Shown here: positions 9,774 to 20,411 of the stretch, piece after piece
How positions within the stretch are numbered: position 1 is the stretch's first letter
How the letters are laid out: each line of letters starts with the position of its first letter
Source of the DNA: an uncultured delta proteobacterium
Lineage (GTDB): Bacteria > Desulfobacterota > Binatia > HRBIN30 > BPIQ01
Reading direction: 5' to 3'
Length of the DNA stretch: 64,000 bases
Assembly: GCA_963761335.1 (NCBI GenBank)
Contig: CAVXGR010000018.1
Location: 1,024,001-1,088,000 of the forward strand
Program-made: the position numbers and the translations under genes
The notes under the pieces: generated by a model
Database searches by the model: none
Told to the model about the DNA's origin: nothing
The model's input: only the letters and a program-made list of their open reading frames with translations

Positions 9774-10639
9774 TCGCCTCTCTCCGCCGCCGGTGGCCTT
9801 TCCTGCTCGCGCTCGCAGTCCTGAGCGGCTGCGATGCGGGCAACCCGCGTCCAGCCGACGTCGCCTTCGTGGTCAACAAGAATTCTGGGCAGATCGATGT
9901 GTGCCAGCTCACGGCCGGCGGAGTCGTCGATTTTTCGAGCTGTGAGCTGGCGTCCGCGTCCACCTTCAGCCAGCCGATCGACATGGCCATGATCGGCCAG
10001 TCGGTTCTGATCTCCGTGGAAGACGGAATCGAGGAATGCACCAGAAGCGGAGATCGGCTCGTCTCGTGCGAGCTGGCGATTGACGACGCCAACTTCCCGG
10101 TGGGCCTGACGCTCGGTGGCCAGGTCCTCTTCGTCGCCGACTACTCGGCCAAGTCGATCGCCAGCTATGACGCGTCAAGCCTGGAGCCGATGGGCGGCAA
10201 AGCCGTTCCCACGTCCCCAACCGACGTGGTTTTTGACCAGGGATCTGCGTACATCGTCACCCAGGACCTGGTCGGCAGTGTCGTCCTCGGGTGCGACTCG
10301 GCTCTGGAGAGCTGCACGCCCGCCTATACCACGCTCGATCATACGCTACTGGGAATGACGATATACGACGGGGTGGCATTTCTCACCGACGCCGCCGGCA
10401 ATAGTGTGGTCTCGTGTGACGTGGGAGGTGACGGGAGCCTCTCGGCCTGCAGCGCCCAGGGCGACGCCACCGTATTCAACTACCCGTACGGGATCACGAT
10501 TCGCAACGACGTGGCCTACATCCCCAACCGCGCCGAAGCCTCGATCATCGTCTGTGACGTGAGCGGCAAGAGCCTGCTCAACTGCAGCAAGAAGACAAAC
10601 GAGCTGTTCGACGGTCCGACCTGGGTCATTTTCGGCTGA
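9770..10639 (+). CDS. Cys-rich beta-propeller (NHL/YncE-like) lipoprotein of unknown function
   Basis: GTGA-coupled start; lipobox LSGC; repeated blades such as NSVVSCDVGGDGSLSAC and FNYPYGITI. Confidence 0.65.
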   Translation: MIASLRRRWPFLLALAVLSGCDAGNPRPADVAFVVNKNSGQIDVCQLTAGGVVDFSSCELASASTFSQPIDMAMIGQSVLISVEDGIEECTRSGDRLVSCELAIDDANFPVGLTLGGQVLFVADYSAKSIASYDASSLEPMGGKAVPTSPTDVVFDQGSAYIVTQDLVGSVVLGCDSALESCTPAYTTLDHTLLGMTIYDGVAFLTDAAGNSVVSCDVGGDGSLSACSAQGDATVFNYPYGITIRNDVAYIPNRAEASIIVCDVSGKSLLNCSKKTNELFDGPTWVIFG

Positions 10640-10744
10640 TTCGGGTTGGCGGGTTTCCGAGCTAGCGGGTTCGATCGCTGCCGCGGAATTCGCGACGCTT
10701 GCGAGAATCGCACACCCAGTGACTTTCGTTGACGCGATGGATGC

Positions 10745-12031
10745 TTGGTGCTAGCAGGGCCGATGGCCGTTCCGCTCACCGGGCAGCTCGAAGATCCCGC
10801 CCTTCTGATCGCCATCCTCCTGTACGTACCGCTGCTCTGGCCGCTCATCGCCATCACCCGAGCCGAGAAACAGCGACTCGTGTGGATCATCGCTGGACTT
10901 GCGGCTGCCTCCGGCGTGAGCCTTTGGCACTTCACGCGCACGCCGCCGGGTATCTGGTGGATGGACGCCTACGAGAACATGACGACGTTTTCGAGCCGCC
11001 AGGGTTCGTTCACCCCCATCCTTTGGGACGAAGTGCGCGCCGCGGCCTCGGCGGGGTGGTCCTTTGTGCCGACGTACCTGATCGATCGCACGACCGGCAC
11101 CTTCCTCGGCGAGCGCCTCTTCGGATTTGCTGCACACCTGCTCCTGATCATCGCCACGGGGTTGACGGCGCGCCGCGCCGGAGTGCCGATCGCAGTGGCG
11201 CTGGTGGCCTGCGGGCCAACCCCGATCTGGCTGTCGAGACACGCGGAGGGCACCGAGCATCTGCTCCAGCAAATCACCGTGATCGCCGCCCTCGACCAGC
11301 TGCGCCGGTCGAGACGTGTCTGGCTGGTCGTGGTGGCAGGCGCATTCCTGGGTATGCTCAGCTACACCTACGCGGCGGCACGTGTCGCCTGGCTCTACCC
11401 GGCGATCTGGCTGTGGAGAAAGCCCGGACGCGCCCTCGCGGTGTATGCGGTCTTGGCCGTATGCCTGCTTCCCATCGTCCTCGTTCCTTTGTCAGAGGGG
11501 CATGCCGTGAACCTGCAGAGCCTGCCGCGCTCGACCAGCGAGCCGGGATCGACCTTCAGCCAGCACTACCAGGTGCCGACCCTCGAGTACGCCTGGAAGA
11601 GCCTGCGCAGCCTCGCGGATGAGAAGGCGGGAGAAGTTGGGACGCGGAGCTATCCCGGCGCCCAGACGTTGCCGACGAGCGCGGTGCTCGCCGGCGCTAT
11701 TGGGAGCCTGGCGGCGCCGCGGTATGGAATCGGCGCGGCCGTGGGCACGCTTCCCGACCTGGTCAGCTATCAGAACCCGGCTCGGAGTCACCGGCAGATG
11801 CTGGTGTTCATGCCGGTCGTTCTGGCCGTGGCCGAGATCGGGCGCTGGCTTCCGCCCCTCGCCGTCTACGCCACCGCCGTCGTGGTTGCGGCAGAGGGGG
11901 CATGGCGGTGGTTCGACCTGATGAGCCGAGTGGAGGTGACTCCCGGCCGATGGAGAGACTCGGCCGGCTACGGCGACCTCTACCCCTGCGCCGAGTCCCC
12001 CATGCGCGACCGCTACATCTGGTGCCCTTGA
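10745..12031 (+). CDS. Polytopic membrane protein, possibly a GT-C (ArnT/PMT-like) glycosyltransferase; start uncertain
   Basis: Many hydrophobic segments; PPGIWWMDAYEN in an early loop; GMLSYTY.AAR pattern. Confidence 0.5.
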   Translation: MVLAGPMAVPLTGQLEDPALLIAILLYVPLLWPLIAITRAEKQRLVWIIAGLAAASGVSLWHFTRTPPGIWWMDAYENMTTFSSRQGSFTPILWDEVRAAASAGWSFVPTYLIDRTTGTFLGERLFGFAAHLLLIIATGLTARRAGVPIAVALVACGPTPIWLSRHAEGTEHLLQQITVIAALDQLRRSRRVWLVVVAGAFLGMLSYTYAAARVAWLYPAIWLWRKPGRALAVYAVLAVCLLPIVLVPLSEGHAVNLQSLPRSTSEPGSTFSQHYQVPTLEYAWKSLRSLADEKAGEVGTRSYPGAQTLPTSAVLAGAIGSLAAPRYGIGAAVGTLPDLVSYQNPARSHRQMLVFMPVVLAVAEIGRWLPPLAVYATAVVVAAEGAWRWFDLMSRVEVTPGRWRDSAGYGDLYPCAESPMRDRYIWCP

Positions 12032-12138
12032 GGAAGAGGCAAGGGCGCCCGCGTCGTTCCGCCCCGACCGTAGCCGCCCGCCTCGCGAGGGCCGAACCCG
12101 CAGGGCCGCCAACCCGAAGACGCGAAAGCGTCAGAGAG

Positions 12139-12928
<790 letters not shown>

Positions 12929-12929
12929 G

Positions 12930-13606
12930 TCAGCTCGCCAACCGGGATAGGGTTGCGGCGCCCGGCGCCGCCGCGACCTGATAGCCGAGCAAGCGCGTGG
13001 CGATCGACGAGCAACGCCCAAGGCGAGGCTGCGGGAGCGTCGTCGGCGAGCTGATCAGCAGCTCGGCGCGCATGCTGCCGTCGTCGAGCTCCTTGCTGGC
13101 GAACTCGAGGCCGAGTCGAGCAAGACCGTCTCGTCCGCCGGGCCGAGGCGCAGCCACAGCTGCGTCGGATCGGATCGCTGGCGCGCCGCCTGGAGCACGG
13201 CGGAGATGTCGATGTCGAAGGTGCTCCCTGAGGGAACGGTGCCGAGAGCGCGGGGAGCGGCATAGATCCCCGGCTGGGTGTTCCAGGTGACGCCGGTCAT
13301 GCAGTCCTCCGTGCCGGGCTCGAGGCGTCCGTCAACGGCGGCGGCAGAGGAGGGATCTGCAGAAAGGCGACGGGAGCCCGTCGCGCGCAGCACCGCTGTG
13401 TCCGGGCAGCGCCGGATGAACTCCTGCGCCAGGCAAGCGCCATCGCCGCACTTCCCGAAGAACGAGGCGGCATCGCGGACGCAGGAGGCCAACGCCGCAG
13501 GGCCGGGGCATCGCCCGCGGTCACGGTGCGCAACACCAGGGCCGAGTCGGCCGAGGTGCGGCGCGGGCAGGATCCAGAGACGACGGCGAGCGCTCCTCCC
13601 ATCCAT
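12930..13606 (-). pseudogene. Degenerate or frameshifted DNRLRE/CBM96-like domain gene
   Basis: Motif pieces appear in colinear order across three minus frames: VAFLQIPPLP..., GVTWNTQP...TFDIDISAVLQ, LEFASKE...AELLI. Confidence 0.45.
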
Positions 13607-13630
13607 TGATGCAGTCCGGCGACGAGAGCA

Positions 13631-14041
13631 TCAACTCTCGTGTGGGAGAAGCGGTCGGCCGCCGCAACTGATCAGCTCGATCCTGTAGCCGTTCGGATCC
13701 TCGACGAAGGCGATCACCGAGGTGCCGTGCTTCATCGGACCGGGCTCGCGCACCACCTTGGCGCCTTTCGCTTTCAGCTCCTCGCAGGTGCGGTAGATGT
13801 CGGCGGTGCCCAGGGCGATGTGGCCGAAGGCGTTGCCGACGTCGTAGGCGTGCGTGTCCCAGTTGTAGGTCAGCTCCAGCACCGCCGTCTTGTCCTCGGT
13901 GTCGTAGCCGACGAAGGCGAGGGTGAATCGGCCTCCGGCGTGCTCGCTGCGGCGCAGCAGCTTCATTCCCAGCAGATCGCAGTAGAAGTGCAGCGACTCG
14001 TCGAGATCGTTGACGCGGATCATGGTGTGCAGCAGGCGCAT
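13631..14041 (-). CDS. gloA: Lactoylglutathione lyase (glyoxalase I)
   Basis: MRLLHTMIRVNDLDESLHFY...LELTYNW...FGHIA...IAFVEDPNGYRIELI. Confidence 0.97.
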   Translation of the reverse strand: MRLLHTMIRVNDLDESLHFYCDLLGMKLLRRSEHAGGRFTLAFVGYDTEDKTAVLELTYNWDTHAYDVGNAFGHIALGTADIYRTCEELKAKGAKVVREPGPMKHGTSVIAFVEDPNGYRIELISCGGRPLLPHES

Positions 14042-14051
14042 GGAATCCTCC

Positions 14052-14828
14052 TCAGGCGGTGTGTCGGGTGCGCGGTGCGAGCCAGCCCTGGGCGACGGCG
14101 GCGAGTATCAGGCCGACGGCGATTGCCAGGAGGCCGCCGTCCATCATCGGATGGGCGAAGATCTCGCCGAGCGGCAGGGCCCGCCCCAGGTGCACGAGCA
14201 GGGCTCCGGCGCTGCATACGGCGCCGATTCCCATGAGGGCGATGCCGATCAGGCGCAGCACCTGGCGCAGGTTGACGATCTCGCCGCGCAGCTGCTCGTA
14301 GAGCCGGGCGTTCTCGTGCGCCACGGCGATGTCGCCGGCCAGCGCCTCGAGGAAGTCGAGATCGTCGCGGGAGGAGGCGGCGGTGGCCGGGTTGACCACC
14401 TCGATGACGCCGATGACGCCCGAGCGCGTGCGCAGCGGCGCGCAGAGAATGCTGCGGGTGACCATGTTCGTCTGGGCGTCGATGGCGCCGTAGAAGCGCG
14501 GATCGTGGCGCACGTCGTCGACGAACACCGACTCGCCGCGGGCGAGGACCCAGCCGGCGATGCCGCGCTCGGCGGAAAAGCGGATCTCGCCGAGCTGCGC
14601 CTCGATGTCGCGGCGCGACTCGCGCTGGCTGGCAACCGGGAAGTAGAGCTCGCGCCTGTCGCCGTCGAGGAGGAGCAAAGCGCAGCCGTCGGCGTCGAAG
14701 AGCTCGCGGGCGCGCCGGGTCGAGTAGCGCACCAGCTCGTCGAGGCTGACGAAGGACGAGAGCTGGCGGTTCACCTCGTAGAGGAGGCGCAGGCGCTCTT
14801 CCGGCTCTCGGACTGCCGACGGCTGCAT
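14052..14828 (-). CDS. GAF domain protein with two C-terminal TM helices
   Basis: GIAGWV, DPRFY..ID..T...TRSILCAPL, GVIEVVN; hydrophobic tail; no output domain. Confidence 0.8.
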   Translation of the reverse strand: MQPSAVREPEERLRLLYEVNRQLSSFVSLDELVRYSTRRARELFDADGCALLLLDGDRRELYFPVASQRESRRDIEAQLGEIRFSAERGIAGWVLARGESVFVDDVRHDPRFYGAIDAQTNMVTRSILCAPLRTRSGVIGVIEVVNPATAASSRDDLDFLEALAGDIAVAHENARLYEQLRGEIVNLRQVLRLIGIALMGIGAVCSAGALLVHLGRALPLGEIFAHPMMDGGLLAIAVGLILAAVAQGWLAPRTRHTA

Positions 14829-14887
14829 GGCTCTCTCCTACGACCGGGCTCCCGGCCTCGTCAAGGCGGAGGATGCGGCAGCCCGGC

Positions 14888-16048
14888 TCAGGCGGCCTCG
14901 AGGAGCGCCGCCAGGCGCTGGCGCTGGTAGGCGCCGTCGCCGAAGAGCATCTGGTTGTGGAGCTGCCGCTTGAAATAGATGTGCACGTCGCACTCCCAGG
15001 TGAAGCCGATACCGCCGTGGAGCTGCACCGAGCGTCCGGAGACGAAGGCCGCCATGTCGGAGGCGCTCGACTTCGCCATGCGCGCGTAGCGCTCGGCGTC
15101 TTGCGGCTCGTTGTCGACGGCGCAGGCGGCCGCGTAGACGAGCGAGCGCGCCTCGTCGATCTGCAGCATGGCGTTGACCAGGGGGTGCTTGACGGCCTGG
15201 AAGAAGCCGATGGGGTGATCGAACTGCTTGCGCACCTTGGCGTACTCGACCGTGGTCTGCAGCTGCCACTCGGCGGCGCCGCACATGTCGGCGGCGAGGA
15301 TGGTGAGGATCGCCGGCAGAGCCCGCCGCAGGATCTCCTCGCCCTGGCCGGGCGCGGCGATGACGTGCGATGCGGGCAGTGAGACGCGGCGCAGCTGCAG
15401 ATGCGCCTGGTCGCGCGTCAGATCGATGATCTGGTCGGGATGAACGGTCAGCCCGGCGGCGTCGGCGGGGACGGCGTAGAGGCCGATACCGGCGTCGCCG
15501 CGTGCCGAAACCACGAAGAAGGAAGCCTTGCGGGCGTCCTGCACGAAGAAGGCGCCGCCGTCGAGAACCACGCCGCCGTCGGCGGCGCGGGCCGTGACCG
15601 CGGTCGTCTCCGGCTCCCAGGAGCCGTCGCCGTCGGTGATCGCCAGCGACGCGGCCTCGCCGGCGGCGACGCGCTCGAGCCACGGCCGAGCCGCGGCGAG
15701 ATCCGCCTGGCGCAGGGTACAGGTGGCGATCAGCGTGCTGATCAGCGGCGAGGCCAGCGCCGCACGTCCGGCCTCCTCGGCCAGCCCGGCCACGGCGACC
15801 ATCTTCATGCCGGCGCCGCCGGCCTCTTCGGGAACGGCGAGCGCCGTCCAGCCGAGCTCGACCATCTGCCGCCACAAGCCCTCGTCGTAGGCGAGCGGCG
15901 GCACGTCGCTCTCGTACGCCTCGTGATGGTCGCCCGCCACCAGCTTGCGCAGCCGCTCGATGCCCGCCTGCTCGCCGAGCAGCTTGCGAGCCGAGTCGCG
16001 CACCATCTGCTCCTCTTCGCCGAATCCGAAATCCCTGGGCTGAGCCAT
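14888..16048 (-). CDS. Acyl-CoA dehydrogenase, non-catalytic-type partner subunit (FadE27/28-like)
   Basis: RKQFDHPIGFFQAVKH, QLHGGIGFTWE; degenerate C-terminus (LFGDGAYQRQRL). Confidence 0.88.
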   Translation of the reverse strand: MAQPRDFGFGEEEQMVRDSARKLLGEQAGIERLRKLVAGDHHEAYESDVPPLAYDEGLWRQMVELGWTALAVPEEAGGAGMKMVAVAGLAEEAGRAALASPLISTLIATCTLRQADLAAARPWLERVAAGEAASLAITDGDGSWEPETTAVTARAADGGVVLDGGAFFVQDARKASFFVVSARGDAGIGLYAVPADAAGLTVHPDQIIDLTRDQAHLQLRRVSLPASHVIAAPGQGEEILRRALPAILTILAADMCGAAEWQLQTTVEYAKVRKQFDHPIGFFQAVKHPLVNAMLQIDEARSLVYAAACAVDNEPQDAERYARMAKSSASDMAAFVSGRSVQLHGGIGFTWECDVHIYFKRQLHNQMLFGDGAYQRQRLAALLEAA

Positions 16049-16073
16049 TGCCGCTCTCCTACTCCGTCTTCTC

Positions 16074-17282
16074 TCACTTCGTCTTGGCGAGGCCGAGAAC
16101 GCGCTCGCCGAGGATGTTCCGCTGCACCTCGCTGGTGCCGGCGGCGATGGTGATGCCGTACGAGTTCATGTAGGCCAGCGGCCACTCGGCGCCGTCGGGG
16201 GCGCGCTGGTCGCGCAGGTAGAGCGAGGCGTGTGCCCCTTCGATCTCCAGAGCCAGCGCCGTGAGGTCCTGCACCAGCTCGCTGATCAGCAGCTTGGCCT
16301 GCAGGGGAATGCGCATGGGATGCTCGGTGAGCGCCGCGACCCGGGCGCGGCGGAAGGTCTGGCGAAAGCCCTCGGCGCGTATCGCCAGCTTGGCGATGCG
16401 CTCGCGGATCAGCGGATCCTCCCAGGCCGGGCGGCCGCTGCGAGGCATTTTCTTGGCCAGCGCGATCAGCGCCTGAACGCGCTCCTCGACCGATTCGCCG
16501 CCGCCGCTGCCGGCGCCCTCGGCGGCGCCGCGCTCGTGGAGCAGCGTGGTCATCGCCACCTTCCAGCCGTTGCCGACCTCGTCGAGACGCAGGCGGTCGG
16601 GGATGACGAGGTCCTCGAACAGGACCTCGTTGAATCCGGTCTGGCCGGTGATCTTGATCAGCGGCCGCACGGTCACGCCCTTGGCGTCGCCGATCGGCAC
16701 GATGAAGTAGGTGAGGCCGTTGTACTTGTGCTCGTTGCTGGTGCGGCAGAGGATGATCATCCAGCTGGCGAAATGGGCGAGGCTGGTCCACACCTTGTGG
16801 CCGTTGATGATCCAGTTGTCGCCCTGGCGCACCGCCGAGGACTGCACGCTGGCGAGATCGCTGCCGGCGTTGGGCTCGGAGAATCCCTGGCACCAGATCT
16901 CGTCGGCAGAGAAGAGCGGCGGCAGGTAGCGGCGCTTCTGCTCCTCGGTGCCGTGATGCAGGATGGTCGGCGCCGCCATGCTGAGGCCGATGACGTTGAT
17001 GAGGTAGGGAACGTTCGCCAGCCCCATCTCCTGGTTGGCGATGCGCTGAAAGCCATGATGACCGCCGCCGCCGTACTCCTTGGCAAAGTCGCAGGCGATG
17101 AGGCCGGCCTCGTAACATTTCTTCTGCCAGGCGCACAGGTAGGCGCGCTGCTCCTCGGTCATCACCTCGATGGCATGCTCGGGCAAGCGCGACGGCGGTG
17201 CCGGCGGGCGGTTCTCGTTGAGCCAGTGGCGGCAATAGGTGCGAAACTCGGCCTGCTCGGGAGTGTCCTTGCGCGTGTCCAT
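16074..17282 (-). CDS. Acyl-CoA dehydrogenase, catalytic-type subunit (FadE26/29-like)
   Basis: WCQGFSEPNAGSDLAS, NGHKVWTS, TLLHERG, TIAAGTSEVQRNILGERVLGL. Confidence 0.9.
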   Translation of the reverse strand: MDTRKDTPEQAEFRTYCRHWLNENRPPAPPSRLPEHAIEVMTEEQRAYLCAWQKKCYEAGLIACDFAKEYGGGGHHGFQRIANQEMGLANVPYLINVIGLSMAAPTILHHGTEEQKRRYLPPLFSADEIWCQGFSEPNAGSDLASVQSSAVRQGDNWIINGHKVWTSLAHFASWMIILCRTSNEHKYNGLTYFIVPIGDAKGVTVRPLIKITGQTGFNEVLFEDLVIPDRLRLDEVGNGWKVAMTTLLHERGAAEGAGSGGGESVEERVQALIALAKKMPRSGRPAWEDPLIRERIAKLAIRAEGFRQTFRRARVAALTEHPMRIPLQAKLLISELVQDLTALALEIEGAHASLYLRDQRAPDGAEWPLAYMNSYGITIAAGTSEVQRNILGERVLGLAKTK

Positions 17283-17409
17283 CGCGCCAGAGAACCGAGT
17301 CGGCGCGCCTAAGTCAAAGCGCGCGCGCCGAAGAGAGCCGCAACTTGACTGGCGTGGATCGTCGTCGTAGCGGTGTCGATCCGACAGCCGCTGCGAGGAG
17401 GAGATTCTT

Positions 17410-18591
17410 TTGAGCCATCAAGTGAATGACGCCATACGCCTGACCGACGGCGCCTTCTACGGCGCCGATCCGCATCCGCATTTCACCTGGATGCGGCGAA
17501 ACGCCCCGCTGTACTGGGATGAGGCGGGGCAGGTGTGGGGCGTCACCCTCTACGAGGACGTGCTGGCGGTCTCGAAGAACCCCCAGCTGTTCTGCAACGG
17601 CGGCGGCATTCGCCCGGACGCGCCGTCGATGCCCTTCATGATCAATCTCGACGGGCCACTGCACCGCAAGCGCCGCAGCCTGGTGAACCGGGGGTTCACG
17701 CCGCGGCGGGTGAACGAGCACGAGGCGCGCCTCCGCGAGATCTGCGTCGACCTGATCGAGCGGGCGCGGCCGCTGCGCCAGTTCGATTTCGTGCGCGAGA
17801 TCGCCGCCTGGCTGCCACTGATCGTCATCGGCGACATGCTCGGAGTCGAGCCCGACGACTACGAGCGGCTGCTGGTGTGGTCCGACGACATGGTCCTCGG
17901 CACCGGAGCGATCACCGCCGAGCGCATGCAGCGCGCCTCCGACTCATTCGCCGACTACACCGAGTATCAGCGGCGCGTGCTCGCCGACCGCCGGGCGCGG
18001 CCGCCTCAGGACGACCTGGTGAGCATCCTCGTGCACGCCGAGATCGACGGCGAGAAGCTCGACGACGAAGAGCTGATCATGGAGTCGCTGCTCATCCTCA
18101 TCGGCGGCGACGAGACCACGCGGCACGTGATCAGCGGCGGCATGGAGCAGCTCCTCCGCCATCCCGAGCAGCGGCAGATGCTCGCCGAGCGGCCCGAGAA
18201 GATCCCCACCGCGGTCGAGGAGATGCTGCGCTGGGTGACGCCGATCCAGAACATGGCGCGCACCGCCACCGAGGACACCGAGCTGCGCGGGCAGCGCATT
18301 CGCGGGGGCGACAAGCTGGTTCTCCTCTATCCGTCGGCCAATCGCGACGAGCGCGTCTTCGCCGGCGCGGATCGCTTCGACGCCGAGCGCGCGCCGAACG
18401 AGCACCTCGCCTTCGGCTACGGGGCGCACTTCTGTCTCGGCGCCTCGCTGGCGCGCCTCGAGCTGCGGGTGATGTTCGAGGAGCTGTTGCGCCGTCTGCC
18501 CGACCTCGAGCTGGCGTCTGCGGCGCCGCCGCCGCTGCGCGCCTCCAACTTCATCAGCGGCATCGAGGAGATGCCGGTGCGGATTCGGTGA
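17410..18591 (+). CDS. cyp142: Cytochrome P450, CYP142-like (putative steroid C26-monooxygenase)
   Basis: LILIGGDETT, EEMLRW, heme motif FGYGAHFCLG. The N-terminal L.DG.FY segment and C-terminal SNFISG.E.MPV resemble actinobacterial CYP142. Confidence 0.8.
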   Translation: MSHQVNDAIRLTDGAFYGADPHPHFTWMRRNAPLYWDEAGQVWGVTLYEDVLAVSKNPQLFCNGGGIRPDAPSMPFMINLDGPLHRKRRSLVNRGFTPRRVNEHEARLREICVDLIERARPLRQFDFVREIAAWLPLIVIGDMLGVEPDDYERLLVWSDDMVLGTGAITAERMQRASDSFADYTEYQRRVLADRRARPPQDDLVSILVHAEIDGEKLDDEELIMESLLILIGGDETTRHVISGGMEQLLRHPEQRQMLAERPEKIPTAVEEMLRWVTPIQNMARTATEDTELRGQRIRGGDKLVLLYPSANRDERVFAGADRFDAERAPNEHLAFGYGAHFCLGASLARLELRVMFEELLRRLPDLELASAAPPPLRASNFISGIEEMPVRIR

Positions 18592-18617
18592 AGGTCGCCG
18601 CCAACCCGAAAACCAAC

Positions 18618-18665
18618 CACCGAGTCACCGAGTAACCGAGTCAACGAGCCACCGATCTACCGAGC
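18618..18665. repeat. Six degenerate 8-bp tandem repeats between convergent genes
   Basis: CACCGAGT CACCGAGT AACCGAGT CAACGAGC CACCGATC TACCGAGC. Confidence 0.6.
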
Positions 18666-20258
18666 TACTGATTTCGCCCAGCGATAGTCGGGCTTGCCGC
18701 TGGGCGAGCGCACCAGCTTGTCGACTGTATGGAGCTCGCGGGGGACCTTGTAGCCGGCGATGCGCTTGCGGCAGTGCTGCTGAATCTCCTCGAGGGTGGT
18801 GTGTGCTCCGGGGCGCAGCTCGACGACGGCGGCGACCCGCTGGCCCCAGCGCTCGTCGGGGACGCCGACGACCGTGCAGTCGAAGACCGCGGGGTGCGAC
18901 TTGACGGCGGTCTCCACCTCCTCCGGGAAGATCTTCTCGCCGCCCGAGTTGATGGAGACCGAGCCGCGCCCGAGCAGGGTGATGCGGCCGTCGCTCTCGA
19001 GGCGGGCGTAGTCGCCGGGAATGCAGTAACGCACGCCGCCGTAGGTGACGAAGGTCTTCGCCGTCTTCTCCGGGTCGCGGTAGTACTCGAGCGGGATGTC
19101 ACCACTGCGCGCGATCTTGCCGATGGCGCCGGAGCCGGGCTCGAGGGGCGTGCCGCTCTCGTCCAGGACCACGGTCTCGCCGAGGCGAGTGACCGTCGGC
19201 CCGCCGCTGCTCATCGCCGTCTGTCCGGGCTGAACGAAGACCATGCCGTTGTTGCCGCCTTCGGATGACCCCACTGCGTCGGTCATCACCAGGGAGGGGA
19301 ACCTCTCAAAGAACTGGTCCTTCACCGAGGGCGAGAAGGTTGCCGCGCTGCTGCTCAGCGAAAGCAGCGAGGACGTGTCCCAGTGCGCCCCCGACTCGTT
19401 GAGCGCCTCGATCAGGGGCCGCCCCATGGCGTCGCCGGTGATCATGATGGAGGTGACCTTCTCCTTCTCCACCAGATCCCAGACGGCGTGCGGATCGAAG
19501 CGCGCCATCAACACGATCTTGTTGCCGAGGAAGCTCTGCCCCATGGTCGCCCACTGGGTGGCGCCGTGCATCAGTGGCGCGATCGGCAGAAAGGTGAGCG
19601 GGACGCCGTTGAGCCCCTTCTCCGCCATGGCCTCGGGGCGGGTCATGCGCTCCCCCGACATTGGATCGATGCCGCCGCCGAGCGCCATGAACACCTCCTT
19701 GTGCGGCCAGACGACTCCCTTGGGCATGCCGGTGGTACCGCCGGTGTAGAGGATGTAGAGGTCGGCCTCCGAGCGCGGCGCAAAGTCCCGCTCGAGTGAG
19801 GCGCTGGCGAGTGCCTCCTCGTAGGCGATCGAGCCGAGCGCCGGCGCGTCGGCCTCGGTGCCGTCCTCGACCACCAGCGAGTGCCGCAGCTCCGGCATGG
19901 CGTTGCGCACTCCGGCGACCAGCGGCGCGAACTGGCGCTGAAAGACCAGCGATTTCAGATCGGCGTTGCCGATCAGATAGCGGAGCTCGTCCTCGACATA
20001 GCGGTAATTGATGTTGATCCACACGGCGCGGATCTTGAACACCGCCCACAGCGTCTCCACCCACTCGACGCAGTTGTAGGCATAGATGCCGACGTGGTCG
20101 TTGCGGCCGACGCCGTGGGCGGCGAGGTGGTGCGCCAAGCGATTGGCGCGCTCCTCCATCTCGCGGTAGGTGCGCCGCTTGCCGTCGCACACCAGGTACT
20201 CGCGCTCGGCGAAGTGGTCGGCGGCGTTCTCGAAGAGGTCGGCGAGGTTGAACTCCAT
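18657..20258 (-). CDS. fadD19: Acyl-CoA synthetase, FadD19-like (steroid side-chain CoA ligase family)
   Basis: MEFNLADLFE..., YTGGTTGMPKGV, INSGGEKIFPEEVE, RSPSGKPDYRWA. Confidence 0.8.
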   Translation of the reverse strand: MEFNLADLFENAADHFAEREYLVCDGKRRTYREMEERANRLAHHLAAHGVGRNDHVGIYAYNCVEWVETLWAVFKIRAVWININYRYVEDELRYLIGNADLKSLVFQRQFAPLVAGVRNAMPELRHSLVVEDGTEADAPALGSIAYEEALASASLERDFAPRSEADLYILYTGGTTGMPKGVVWPHKEVFMALGGGIDPMSGERMTRPEAMAEKGLNGVPLTFLPIAPLMHGATQWATMGQSFLGNKIVLMARFDPHAVWDLVEKEKVTSIMITGDAMGRPLIEALNESGAHWDTSSLLSLSSSAATFSPSVKDQFFERFPSLVMTDAVGSSEGGNNGMVFVQPGQTAMSSGGPTVTRLGETVVLDESGTPLEPGSGAIGKIARSGDIPLEYYRDPEKTAKTFVTYGGVRYCIPGDYARLESDGRITLLGRGSVSINSGGEKIFPEEVETAVKSHPAVFDCTVVGVPDERWGQRVAAVVELRPGAHTTLEEIQQHCRKRIAGYKVPRELHTVDKLVRSPSGKPDYRWAKSVAR

Positions 20259-20411
20259 GGCCGATAAGAGAACCACAACTGCCACGGCGGCTCAAACGGC
20301 GGTAGGGTGCGCGGAGTGTCCTCGCCGATTCCATCTCCGCGACGCGTCTGCTAGGAGGCCGTAGATGAGCAATCCTCGGGGGTGCCCGAGACGTACGCGG
20401 GAGTGGCGACA

